NCBI GenBank assembly: GCA_049510215.1
Contig: JBEKZD010000011.1
Span: 28,151-92,150, forward strand
Reading direction: 5' to 3'
DNA length: 64,000 nucleotides
Source of the DNA: Verrucomicrobiia bacterium
GTDB lineage: Bacteria > Verrucomicrobiota > Verrucomicrobiia > Palsa-1439
In this document: positions 24,531 to 33,210 of the stretch, in pieces
Layout of the letters: each line of letters opens with the position of its first letter
How positions within the stretch are numbered: position 1 is the stretch's first letter
The notes under the pieces: model-generated
The model's database searches: none
What the model was told of the DNA's origin: nothing
Seen by the model: the letters and a program-made list of their open reading frames with translations, nothing else
Program-made: the position numbers and the translations under genes

Positions 24531-24985
24531 TCAATCTTTCCCGACCTTGTCCTCGTCGAGGATTTGGTAGCCAATCTTGCCTTCGCTGGTTTCCTTCAGC
24601 GCGACATCCGCATGATCCATGCGTGGATCGGCCTGTATCAACGGTCGATGCCCTCGGGCGAGTTGGCGCACTCGCCGCGAGACGATGGACTTCCTTTTTT
24701 GTGAAGCAGGAGCCGATGAGGGCGCAGGGGATCGACGTTGCAGCGGTTGCCGAATTCGTAGGCAGTGATGTGGGCGTTGTAAAGCCAGACCTGGCGGCGC
24801 TCGACGCGGGCAAAGGCATCGTCGATGGAGGCGCGGGCGTCGCGGAGGCTCTTGACTTTCGTGCCCTTGAGTTCGATGCCTGCCTCGTACGTCTCGTTGA
24901 TGAAGTAATCGCGGCGGGCTTTGTGGTTGTGAATCATCGGCGCCATCGCCCTCAGTATAACGGGCGGCCCGGCATGTCTTTGCAA
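24531..24985 (-). pseudogene. smpB: SsrA-binding protein SmpB, reading frame broken at an A6 homopolymer (24693-24698, T6 on + strand)
   Basis: frame 1 [35 protein letters not shown]...[13 protein letters not shown] then premature stop; SmpB-like C-terminus resumes in another frame; one extra A would restore about 157-aa protein. Confidence 0.7.
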
Positions 24986-25188
24986 CGGTTTTCGCTTGAC
25001 TGGAAGCCAGTAAACTGCGAGCCTTCGCCGCGCTGGTTGGGAATAGGCTAATCAGGCTCAAGTTGCGACGAGAGTTCGGCGAAGAAAATGAAGCAGCGCC
25101 TTGAACGCTGGTCGGCATGCGGTCGATTCCTTTCGCTTACCGCACTCTGCCGCTATACCCAAACGCACGCCAAAATGAGAAGCCAGCC

Positions 25189-27378
25189 ATGAACGCCACT
25201 CGCATTGCAGTCATCGGAGTCATTGCCCTGAGTTTGGCAGTAGCAACAGCACGGGCGCAGTACACCGCCGACTACCAGACCAACACCATCAGCGGCGTGA
25301 CCAACGACTGGGCGGATGACTACCTCGTCGGATACACCAATTTTGCCGATGTGTTGCTGATCCAAAACAGCGGCGTGCTGACCAACCATGACGGCTATTT
25401 GGGCTATGACTCCAGCAGCAGCAACAATAGCGTGCTGGTCACCGGCCCCGGCTCGGTCTGGAGCAACACTTACGCCCTGTACGTCGGCTACTCTGGCGCG
25501 GGCAACAGCTTGGTGATCAGCAATGGCGGCCAGGTGGTCAACTACTACCGCTACGGCTGCATGGGCTACAACTTCAGCAGCAGCAACAACAGCGTGCTGG
25601 TCACCGGTGCCGGCTCGGTCTGGAGCGCCAGCGAGGAGTTGGACGTCGGCTACTCTGGCGCGGGCAACAGCTTGGTGATCAGCGATGGCGGCCTAGTGGT
25701 GTCCTTACTTGGTGGGCACATGGGCTACGACTCCAGCAGCAGTAGCAACAGCGTGCTGGTCACCGGTGCCGGCTCGGTCTGGAGCGCCAGCGAGGAGTTG
25801 GATGTCGGCTACTGGGGCGGGGGCAACAGCCTGGTGATCAGCAATGGCGGCCTAGTGGTCAACGACATTGGCTATGTGGGCTCTTGGGGCAGCAGCAGCA
25901 ACAGCGTGCTGGTCACCGGCCCCGGCTCGGTCTGGACCAACTGCGAGGTGGACGTCGGCTACTCTGGCGCGGGCAACAGCCTGGTGATCAGCGATGGCGG
26001 CCAGGTGCTCACCGGCCCCAGCTGCGACTACTACGGCGACGGCTACATGGGCTACGACTCCAGCAGCACCAACAACAGCGTGCTGGTCACGGGCCCGGGC
26101 TCGGTCTGGAGCAACCGCTGCGACTTGGTCGTCGGCTACTCTGGCGCGGGCAACAGCCTGCTGATCAGCAACGGCGGCCAAGTGGTCAACGGCGACGGCT
26201 GGGTGGGCTACGACTCCAGCAGCAGCAACAACATCGTGCTGGTCACCGGCCCCGGCTCGGTCTGGAACAACGGCAACGACTTGGTCGTCGGCTACTGGGG
26301 CGCGGGCAACAGCCTGCTGATCAGCAACGGCGGCCAAGTGGTCAACGGCGACGGCTGGGTGGGCTATGACTCCAGCAGCACCAACAACATCGTGCTGGTC
26401 ACCGGCCCCGGCTCGGTCTGGAATAATCTCACCACCCTGTACGTCGGCTACGGCGGCAGCAGCAACCTGTTGGCGATCACCGACGGCTCGGTATTGGCCA
26501 GCAATCTGTTTATCAGTTACTCCGACCCTGACTACGGTGTCGCTTTGACCAATCTGGTTCGGGTGGACGGTGGCAGCTTGGTTGTCACCAACGCCGCTGG
26601 CAACGGCAGTCTGGTGGTCGGACGGGCGGGCGGCGAGGCGGAGTTTATCCTCAACGGCGGCACGGTGATGGTGGATGCGCTCGTTGCCACCAACGGTGCC
26701 AACAGCGTGGTCACCTTCAACGGCGGGCTGCTTAAGAGTCGTTGCACCGCCGTCACCAATGACGCAGCGTTCGCAGTGGGCAACGGCGTCAGCACGGCCG
26801 AGTTCCATCTGCTGGGCGGCGTTCATTCGTTTGCGAATGGCTTGCGCATCCGTGCGAACGCGTTGCTGTCCGGCTGCGGCACGATCAACGGCAGCGTGCT
26901 GGTGGACGCCGGCGGCATCGTGCTTGCGGATTGCGGCGGCACGCTCACCTTCACGGGCATCCTTACCAACAACGACACGATGCGGGCGGTCAACGGCAGC
27001 GTCCTCGAATTCTGCGGACCTGTAGTCAACAACGGGATCATTGACATCATGGACGGCACGACCAACTTCCATTCCTCTTTCATCAACAACGGCACTGTCG
27101 TGGACGCCTCCTACTTCATAGTGGTCGGCATCACGCGGCAAGCCGACGACATCAACATCACGTGGACAACCGTCGGCGGTGGCAGCTACGTTGTTCAAGT
27201 CACTGCGGGTGCCGCCGACGGCAGCTACACCAACAACTTCACAGACCTCAGCCCCGCAATTGCCATTCCAAGCTCAGGCCTCGGCACGACGAACTACCTC
27301 GACGTTGGCGGCGCAACGAACATGCCCGCTCGCTACTACCGCATCCGCCTTTCGTCGCCCATGCCTCCAGACCCGTGA
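25189..27378 (+). CDS. secreted autotransporter-associated beta-strand-repeat protein with shared C-terminal domain
   Basis: signal peptide MNATRIAVIGVIALSLAVATARA; about 7 tandem 54-aa repeats (SVLVTGPGSVWSN..VGYSGAGNSLVISNGGQVVN); tail NNFTDLS...TNYLDVGGATNMPARYYRIRLSS. Confidence 0.75.
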   Translation: MNATRIAVIGVIALSLAVATARAQYTADYQTNTISGVTNDWADDYLVGYTNFADVLLIQNSGVLTNHDGYLGYDSSSSNNSVLVTGPGSVWSNTYALYVGYSGAGNSLVISNGGQVVNYYRYGCMGYNFSSSNNSVLVTGAGSVWSASEELDVGYSGAGNSLVISDGGLVVSLLGGHMGYDSSSSSNSVLVTGAGSVWSASEELDVGYWGGGNSLVISNGGLVVNDIGYVGSWGSSSNSVLVTGPGSVWTNCEVDVGYSGAGNSLVISDGGQVLTGPSCDYYGDGYMGYDSSSTNNSVLVTGPGSVWSNRCDLVVGYSGAGNSLLISNGGQVVNGDGWVGYDSSSSNNIVLVTGPGSVWNNGNDLVVGYWGAGNSLLISNGGQVVNGDGWVGYDSSSTNNIVLVTGPGSVWNNLTTLYVGYGGSSNLLAITDGSVLASNLFISYSDPDYGVALTNLVRVDGGSLVVTNAAGNGSLVVGRAGGEAEFILNGGTVMVDALVATNGANSVVTFNGGLLKSRCTAVTNDAAFAVGNGVSTAEFHLLGGVHSFANGLRIRANALLSGCGTINGSVLVDAGGIVLADCGGTLTFTGILTNNDTMRAVNGSVLEFCGPVVNNGIIDIMDGTTNFHSSFINNGTVVDASYFIVVGITRQADDINITWTTVGGGSYVVQVTAGAADGSYTNNFTDLSPAIAIPSSGLGTTNYLDVGGATNMPARYYRIRLSSPMPPDP
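25400..26440 (+). repeat. near-identical tandem DNA repeats, period about 160 bp, about 6.5 copies, inside CDS
   Basis: recurring ccagcagcagcaacaacagcgtgctggtcaccggccccggctcggtctggagc blocks at about 25413, 25575, 25735, 25890, 26055, 26215, 26375. Confidence 0.8.
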
Positions 27379-27394
27379 GAAACCCGCCACAAAG

Positions 27395-27433
27395 CGGCCC
27401 GCCCGCTGCTACCGCATCCGCCTCATCCCGTAG
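27395..27433 (+). repeat. out-of-frame tandem duplicate of the 3' terminal YYRIRL-encoding segment of the preceding gene
   Basis: cccgctcgctactaccgcatccgcctttcgtcg (in gene) vs cccgcccgctgctaccgcatccgcctcatcccg (27395-27433, encodes RPARCYRIRLIP in another frame). Confidence 0.6.
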
Positions 27434-27498
27434 GCGATTGCTGGCCGCAAGCGTCTGCCATGCTGGTGTCCCGCTGGGTTGGGTTCAGGGACTTGCAG

Positions 27499-27615
27499 GC
27501 GACATCCTCCGCAGCCGGGCCGACATCGGGAAAGCAGCGAAACTTCTCGGCTGGACGCCGCGCGTCGATTTCCGCGAAGGCATCGAGAAGACCGTCGCGT
27601 GGTGTCGCAGGGCGT
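27499..27615 (+). pseudogene. remnant of 3' end of an NAD-dependent epimerase/dehydratase gene (copy 1)
   Basis: encodes DILRSRADIGKAAKLLGWTPRVDFREGIEKTVAWCRR (typical epimerase C-terminus) with no upstream gene body. Confidence 0.6.
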
Positions 27616-27660
27616 ATGTTATATGGGAAATGTCGGGTAACAACTATAAAGGAGATCGCA

Positions 27661-28386
27661 ATGAGTAAGTTCTCTACACGTAATCTATACACATATCTCA
27701 GAACGTTCGTGTTCTTGTTCATCTGCGCTTGGGCGCTATCAGCCCATTCACAAACAATTACCTGGCTGGATCTGCCATGGCCGACCAACCAAGACTGGCT
27801 CGGCCCGCATGGCTCACCGGCCACGACCAATGGAAACGTGATCACGTTGACCGGCCAGGATGTGCTCTCCACGCAGTATTTCTCCGGCCCGTCATACATT
27901 TCCTACAACGTCACTTTGACCTCGGAAACCACCCGTGACGGGAGTTTCGAACTCTTCTTTGTTCCCAGTGGAGAGGCTTCCAACACTCTGCCCGACCCCT
28001 GTGTCGGACTCCGAATGGTGTTTAATCCCGACGGTAGTCCAGGCACTGTACTGGCTCAGACGAACCACAACGACGGTATCGTGTTTTCGAACGCATTCAC
28101 GATCACCCCGCCGGCCGTGTATTCAAATGTCATTACCGTTGCTGGCAATGGGGTGGTGAGCTGGACGATCAACGGGCAAACCATTCCGTTGTCCAATTCG
28201 GTGGATATGCTATACAGCAGCTACCAATTCCGCCTCGAGAGTTGGGAGCCGACCCAGGTCTGGCAAGTCTCCAACTTTACTGTAGTGCCCGAGCCTGCCT
28301 CGGTAACCCTGGTCGGCGTGGGTGTCTTGTGCTTGGTCGCCGCGGTCCGCAGCCGCAAGCCGACGCGCTGTGTGCGGCGCCGCTAA
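27661..28386 (+). CDS. PEP-CTERM sorting-domain protein
   Basis: signal peptide; C-terminal VPEPASVTLVGVGVLCLVAAVRSRKPTRCVRRR = PEP motif + TM + basic tail. Confidence 0.75.
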   Translation: MSKFSTRNLYTYLRTFVFLFICAWALSAHSQTITWLDLPWPTNQDWLGPHGSPATTNGNVITLTGQDVLSTQYFSGPSYISYNVTLTSETTRDGSFELFFVPSGEASNTLPDPCVGLRMVFNPDGSPGTVLAQTNHNDGIVFSNAFTITPPAVYSNVITVAGNGVVSWTINGQTIPLSNSVDMLYSSYQFRLESWEPTQVWQVSNFTVVPEPASVTLVGVGVLCLVAAVRSRKPTRCVRRR

Positions 28387-28488
28387 CATTCGGTCACAGC
28401 CCGAAACGGACAATAATTCAAGCCCAAGAGACTCGGCGTGTGTGCTTTCAATCATCTTCCGCCCGAATAGCGTGTGCGGGACTAATAT

Positions 28489-28640
28489 GAGAGCGTGTCA
28501 GGCGAGGCGCTGTTTTTAACATCGCTCGGCCCAACCGCAACAAAGAGTGGAAGACCCCGCTGCAGATCCTGCGCGAACGCAATCCCAAACTGGACCCGGC
28601 CATCGCCTCCTGGCGTCCGCTTGACCTCGGCGCTGAACTC
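28489..28640 (+). mobile_element. possible degenerate 3' remnant of a DDE (rve-type) transposase
   Basis: frame encodes FNIARPNRNKEWKTPLQILRERNPKLDPA, resembling the YN..RPH..L..KTP.E transposase C-terminal signature; no intact ORF. Confidence 0.3.
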
Positions 28641-29073
28641 AGTCAATACTTCCATCGTTACTTACCCAAGAGGGGTCACAATCTACCTGTCCATCCCTCG
28701 TTTCTGCCTGCACGCCCCGCCACAACTTCCCCGATGTGGGCGGGCGCGGCGGCAGGCGGGTAGAAACGCCGAATTCCTTCGGGAAATGAATGACCCGCGC
28801 TTCGCAGAAGCGCAGCTACAACCGGAAAAATCATTTGGGCAACAGCCCCTATGAATCGCCGCTGCCGTCTGAGGAGAACCTATGCGGTCGGATCTCAGGA
28901 GAGCACGGCACATGTGGAGGTTGTGTTTCTTGCCGCGAATGCGTTTCGTGGTTCCAAGCTTTAGATTTGGACACCGCCGAATTCTTCTTGCAAGGGCTGC
29001 ATTTCCATGTTGTTATTTTGCGCGGCGGAGAAGTTTGCGATGGTTAATCCACCTTAAACAGCGAGGCAAAAAA

Positions 29074-29802
29074 ATGCGCAACATGACCGAGAGACAAACG
29101 GCACCCGCAGGCGACGCAGACTGCACTCAGCAAGAACCGCAACGCAATCGGAGACACGCCGAAGGATTCACGTTGACGGAACTGCTGGTGCTGGTGGCGA
29201 TAGGCGCCGTCCTGACGGGCTTGGCTCTGGCTGACTTGAGCCAAGACCGTTCAAAGCTGTTGCAGGAGGCCTGCGCCAGCAACCTGAAGCAATGGGGAAC
29301 GGTCTTTCAGATGTACGCCCATGACTACAACGGAGTGATCATGGTGAATTACCGTGGCCAGACAAATTACAATGCGAATTGGTACAGCTCCCTCGGCGTT
29401 TATGCCAAGTATTGGTCAACCAATAAGGTTGTTAACTCTGAAAGCCAGGCCCTGATGATGAAGGCGAAGTTGTGCCCGGCAATGCAGTTGACTACACCGC
29501 CTGCAGACAGCACGATCCCCGGCTACAGCATGATCCGGCCAGAACCCGCAACGCCAGATTTCAGGGGCTTTTACCTAAAGGACGTGAAGAAACCGAGCGA
29601 GCTTTTGGTCATGGTCGATTCCATCCCCACAAATAGCCTCGCGTACATAGGCGGGAACGGCGGGGGTGTGAGCGATGTGTTAGCGGCGACCAACCGTCAT
29701 TCTGGCGGGGCGAATCTCCTGTTCTGTGACGGTCATGTGGACTGGAAACCGTGGGCCGGTATCGAGACGAACTTTGCAAGCTGGACATCTCTTTCTCCTT
29801 AA
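29074..29802 (+). CDS. DUF1559 family protein with prepilin-type N-terminal cleavage/methylation domain
   Basis: RRHAEGFTLTELLVLVAIGAVLTGLA prepilin motif; C-terminal HSGGANLLFCDGHVDWKPW (DUF1559 H-X9-G); GCGAGG RBS 8 nt upstream of ATG 29074. Confidence 0.8.
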   Translation: MRNMTERQTAPAGDADCTQQEPQRNRRHAEGFTLTELLVLVAIGAVLTGLALADLSQDRSKLLQEACASNLKQWGTVFQMYAHDYNGVIMVNYRGQTNYNANWYSSLGVYAKYWSTNKVVNSESQALMMKAKLCPAMQLTTPPADSTIPGYSMIRPEPATPDFRGFYLKDVKKPSELLVMVDSIPTNSLAYIGGNGGGVSDVLAATNRHSGGANLLFCDGHVDWKPWAGIETNFASWTSLSP

Positions 29803-30018
29803 ATCGGTGAGGGTGGGCCGGCTGTGCCAGCCTCATCTGAGAGGGTTCTGCCTTTCGTACGCCGCCGCTTTCGGCTGACTCATTGACGATAGGAAGCGCG
29901 GGGCGGCATACCGGGGTGTGGGTTTTCCACCACGATGAACGGGTTGACCGCCATGACGCATCACACCATCGCCCGTTGTCTGTTGACCCTCTTAGCGGTG
30001 CTCCTTCTTCCTGCCATC

Positions 30019-30135
30019 GGCGACACCCTCCGCAGCCAGGCCGCCATTCCGAAAGCGACGTGAGTTCTCGGCTGGACGTGGCCGGTGGACTTCCGTGAAG
30101 GCATCCAGAAGGCCATCGCGTGATGTCGCTGGCCG
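30019..30135 (+). pseudogene. remnant of epimerase/dehydratase 3' end (copy 2, with internal stops)
   Basis: about 78% identical to 27499-27615; encodes DTLRSQAAIPKAT*VLGWTWPVDFREGIQKAIA*. Confidence 0.6.
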
Positions 30136-30214
30136 TCGTATCGAAAAAGTTACGCGGAAACGAAAGTTCTGGTTGCGTCGCTTTCGAGAATGAGTATAAA
30201 AGCTGCGACTCGCG

Positions 30215-31546
30215 ATGTACTGGATCAGCAAGAGCATTCATAAACTGGGACGCGGGCGCCGACGGCTGTTGATTTTCCTGGCGGTACTCGGGCCGGGCAT
30301 TATCACGATGATCGCCGACAACGACGCCGGCGGCATCTCCACGTATGCCCAGACCGGGGCGAAAACCGGCTTCAACCTGCTGTGGGCGTTCATCATCCTG
30401 GTGCCGATGGCGTATTACGTGCAGGAGATGACGGTGCGGCTGGGTGCGGTCACCAAACGCGGCCACGCCGAGGCGATCTTCGACGGGTTCGGGCCGTTCT
30501 GGGGCTGGTTCAGCATCTTCGACCTGGCGCTGATCAACTGGCTGACGTTGGTGACCGAGTATATCGGCATGACCCAGGCCATGAAGTTGTTCAACATCCC
30601 GACGTCGGTCACGTTCATCGGCGTGACAGCGTTGCTGTTTGGCATTGTGGTCAGCGGCAAGTACTGGACGTTTGAAAAAGTTACGCTCTGCTTTTGCCTG
30701 TTCAATCTGGTGTATATCCCCGCAGCGTTCTGGGCGATGAAGACCGGCAACGTGAACGAGGGATGGACCGCAGTGGGCCGTGGATTTTACGCACCGCACT
30801 TCCCCGGTGGCCTGACGGTGGAGTTGATCACGCTGATCATGGCCAACATCGGCACGACGATCACGCCATGGCAGATTTTCTTCCAGCAATCGGCCGTGGT
30901 GGACAAGGGGATGGACGTGCGCGACGTCAAGATGGGCAAGATGGACACGCTCGCGGGATCGTTCCTGACGTGTGTGGTGGCGGTGTTCATCATCATCGCC
31001 ACGGCCGGCGTGTTCTATTATCATCCCGGCGGACGGATCACCGTCGAGTCGGCGGCGGAGACGGCGGCCCAGATGCCGCATGTGATGCCGCAGCATCAGT
31101 GGGGTTATTGGGCGCGCGGGCTGTTTGCGATCGGGCTGTTTGATGCGGGATTGCTGGGTGCGCTGTGCATTTCGCTGGCCACCAGTTGGGCGCTGGGCGA
31201 GGTGTTTGGCTGGGCGCATTCGCTGAACAAGAGCGTGCGTGAGGCGCCGTGGTTTTACGTGGCGTACGTGCTCATGCTGATGTCGGCCGGCGTGGTGTCG
31301 CTGGTTTCGAGTACGAAAGTGCAGGACGTTATCACGATCTTCGTGCAAGTGGTGGCGGTCACGTTGCTGCCTGCGGCGCTGTTTTTCCTGATCCTGATTC
31401 TCAATGACAAGCAGGTGATGGGCGAGCACACCAACACGCGCTGGCAGAACATCGCCAACTGGTCGATTGCCATTTTTGTGGTGGCCATCTCCACGGTGTA
31501 CGGGATCTCCACCATTTACCCGGAATGGTTTGGAGGCACGCACTAG
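30215..31546 (+). CDS. NRAMP (SLC11)-related transporter with non-canonical metal-site residues (NRMT-like)
   Basis: LGPGIITMIADNDAGGIS aligns with NRAMP TM1 but DPGN is absent; TM6 ANIGTTITPWQ vs canonical AIIGATVMPHN (Met to Thr, His to Trp). Confidence 0.7.
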   Translation: MYWISKSIHKLGRGRRRLLIFLAVLGPGIITMIADNDAGGISTYAQTGAKTGFNLLWAFIILVPMAYYVQEMTVRLGAVTKRGHAEAIFDGFGPFWGWFSIFDLALINWLTLVTEYIGMTQAMKLFNIPTSVTFIGVTALLFGIVVSGKYWTFEKVTLCFCLFNLVYIPAAFWAMKTGNVNEGWTAVGRGFYAPHFPGGLTVELITLIMANIGTTITPWQIFFQQSAVVDKGMDVRDVKMGKMDTLAGSFLTCVVAVFIIIATAGVFYYHPGGRITVESAAETAAQMPHVMPQHQWGYWARGLFAIGLFDAGLLGALCISLATSWALGEVFGWAHSLNKSVREAPWFYVAYVLMLMSAGVVSLVSSTKVQDVITIFVQVVAVTLLPAALFFLILILNDKQVMGEHTNTRWQNIANWSIAIFVVAISTVYGISTIYPEWFGGTH

Positions 31547-31556
31547 AACGGCAATT

Positions 31557-32855
31557 ATGAACGGCCAACCCAATTCTCAACCGAAGCCTTCTGGACCGAC
31601 GACGGTCGCGCAGCAGGGTTTCGAGTTTTACTTTTTCTCCGAGTTGTACAAACGACCGGTGTGCGCCGGCAAGGTCAAGGACCGCATTGGCAAGGTGACG
31701 GATCTCGTCTTCAAGATGGCGGACCCGTATCCCGAGGCGGTGGGGATCCTGCTGGACCACGGCTGGGGCAAACCCAACGAGTTCGTGACGTGGGACAAAG
31801 TGCGGAAGATTGAGGACGACGCGATTTTCGTGACCCCGACCGAGAACGGACAAGCATTTCCGCCGTTTGTCGATCAGCCGGGCTGGATCCTGTTGAACGA
31901 ACACCTGATGGGGCAGACGATTCTGGACATTGACGGGCGGCGCACGGAAGTCGTCAACGACGTGCATTTGCTGGAGTCAAAGGGGCGGATGGTACTGGTG
32001 CATGTCGACATTTCCTTCAACGGCTTTCTGAGGAAGTGGGGACTCGGGCGGCTCACTTGGATCAAGGACCAATTCATCTCGTGGCGGTATGTTCAGCCGC
32101 TGTCGGTGGAAGACAAAGGCACGGACACTGTCTCGCTGTCGATCACCCGCAAACGGATCAAGAACCTGCCCAGCGAGGATTTGGCCGATGCGCTGGAAGA
32201 ATTGAAGGGCAACGAACAACAGGCGGTGTTCTCCGCCCTGGATTCAGAGAAAGCTGCCGAGGTGCTGATCGAAGCCGAGCCGCGCGCGCAGCGCCAACTC
32301 ATCGCCAATTTGCGGAAGGAACGGGCCCGCGGGATTCTCTCGGAGATGTCGGTGCCGCAACTGGCGGCCCTGTTTGCGGTGCTGCCGCACGACGACGTTA
32401 CGGAATTGATGGGGCTGTTGCCGAAGGAACAAGCCGACCGCCTCGAGGCCCTCATCTCCCAGCGCGAGGTGACCGCGCGGACCCTGATGTCGGCGGATTA
32501 TGTCGCAGTGGCGAAAGAGTCCAAGGTCGGCGAGGTGTTGAACAACATCCGCGTCTCGAAGCGCGACGCGGGCTGCATCTCCTACATTTACGTGGTCGGC
32601 CCGGAAAAAATGCTGGTCGGTGTCGTTGATTTGCGTGATCTTGTTCTCGCTGGGGATGCCATGGGTCTGGGGGACCTGATGGTATCGCCCGTCGTCTCGG
32701 CCCAGGAACATGATCTCCGGGACGACATCGCCGAGATGTTCGCCAAGTATCACTTTCGCATTATTCCGGTCGTGGATGACCAGGACCACATTCTTGGCGT
32801 CATCAATCACCGCGACGTTGTGGGCGCGACGCCGCGGGCCACGCCGGGAGGTTGA
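31557..32855 (+). CDS. soluble PRC-barrel + MgtE N-terminal domain + CBS-pair protein (no membrane domain)
   Basis: MgtE_N-like LADALEELKGNEQQAVFSALDSEKAAEVL...; two CBS motifs (VVGPEKMLVGVVDLRDL, IIPVVDDQDHILGVINHRDV); ends 1 nt-level adjacency to next ORF. Confidence 0.7.
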   Translation: MNGQPNSQPKPSGPTTVAQQGFEFYFFSELYKRPVCAGKVKDRIGKVTDLVFKMADPYPEAVGILLDHGWGKPNEFVTWDKVRKIEDDAIFVTPTENGQAFPPFVDQPGWILLNEHLMGQTILDIDGRRTEVVNDVHLLESKGRMVLVHVDISFNGFLRKWGLGRLTWIKDQFISWRYVQPLSVEDKGTDTVSLSITRKRIKNLPSEDLADALEELKGNEQQAVFSALDSEKAAEVLIEAEPRAQRQLIANLRKERARGILSEMSVPQLAALFAVLPHDDVTELMGLLPKEQADRLEALISQREVTARTLMSADYVAVAKESKVGEVLNNIRVSKRDAGCISYIYVVGPEKMLVGVVDLRDLVLAGDAMGLGDLMVSPVVSAQEHDLRDDIAEMFAKYHFRIIPVVDDQDHILGVINHRDVVGATPRATPGG

Positions 32856-32858
32856 GGT

Positions 32859-33026
32859 ATGCCGCGCATTCAGACAACTCCCATGGTCAAAGTGGCCCTG
32901 TATTCCCTGCGCATCTACCTGATCATTCTGCTGACACTGATCCTCATCAAGTTCATCCGGATCTTCTGTGCGAAGCCTGCCGACAAATCCGGCGCGAAGC
33001 AGGAAGAGCAACAGAAGCCGAACTGA
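32859..33026 (+). CDS. 55-aa single-TM microprotein
   Basis: MPRIQTTPMVKVALYSLRIYLIILLTLILIKFIRIFCAKPADKSGAKQEEQQKPN; GGGAGG 9 nt upstream; starts 4 nt after previous stop; not in ORF track (<60 aa). Confidence 0.5.
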   Translation: MPRIQTTPMVKVALYSLRIYLIILLTLILIKFIRIFCAKPADKSGAKQEEQQKPN

Positions 33027-33081
33027 CCATTGGGGCCTCCGATCTGATCAACTCGGATTCTTGATTATCCCTAAAAAGAGG

Positions 33082-33116
33082 GGAGGCCGAGGTTTGGGGC
33101 CTCGGCCTCTTTTTGT
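33082..33116 (+). terminator. rho-independent terminator after the transporter operon
   Basis: aggccgagg-tttgggg-cctcggcct stem-loop followed by ctttttg. Confidence 0.7.
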
Positions 33117-33184
33117 CGGCTGGCGTGGAGAAGCGCCATAGACGAGGTGTGGTATAGGGTGACTGCCAATTGAGCAGGGGCGAT

Positions 33185-33210
33185 GCCAGCCCCGAAAGCC
33201 TTCGGGCCAG
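33185..33210. repeat. small palindromic element family C (GCCAGCCCCGAAAGCYTTCGGGGCCAG)
   Basis: gccagccccgaaagccttcgggccag; near-identical copy at 43345-43372. Confidence 0.6.

Noticed and set aside
25400-26440. Possible CRISPR array because of regular repeats
   Set aside because: Repeats are about 160 bp, contiguous without unique spacers, and entirely inside an open reading frame encoding a beta-strand repeat protein.
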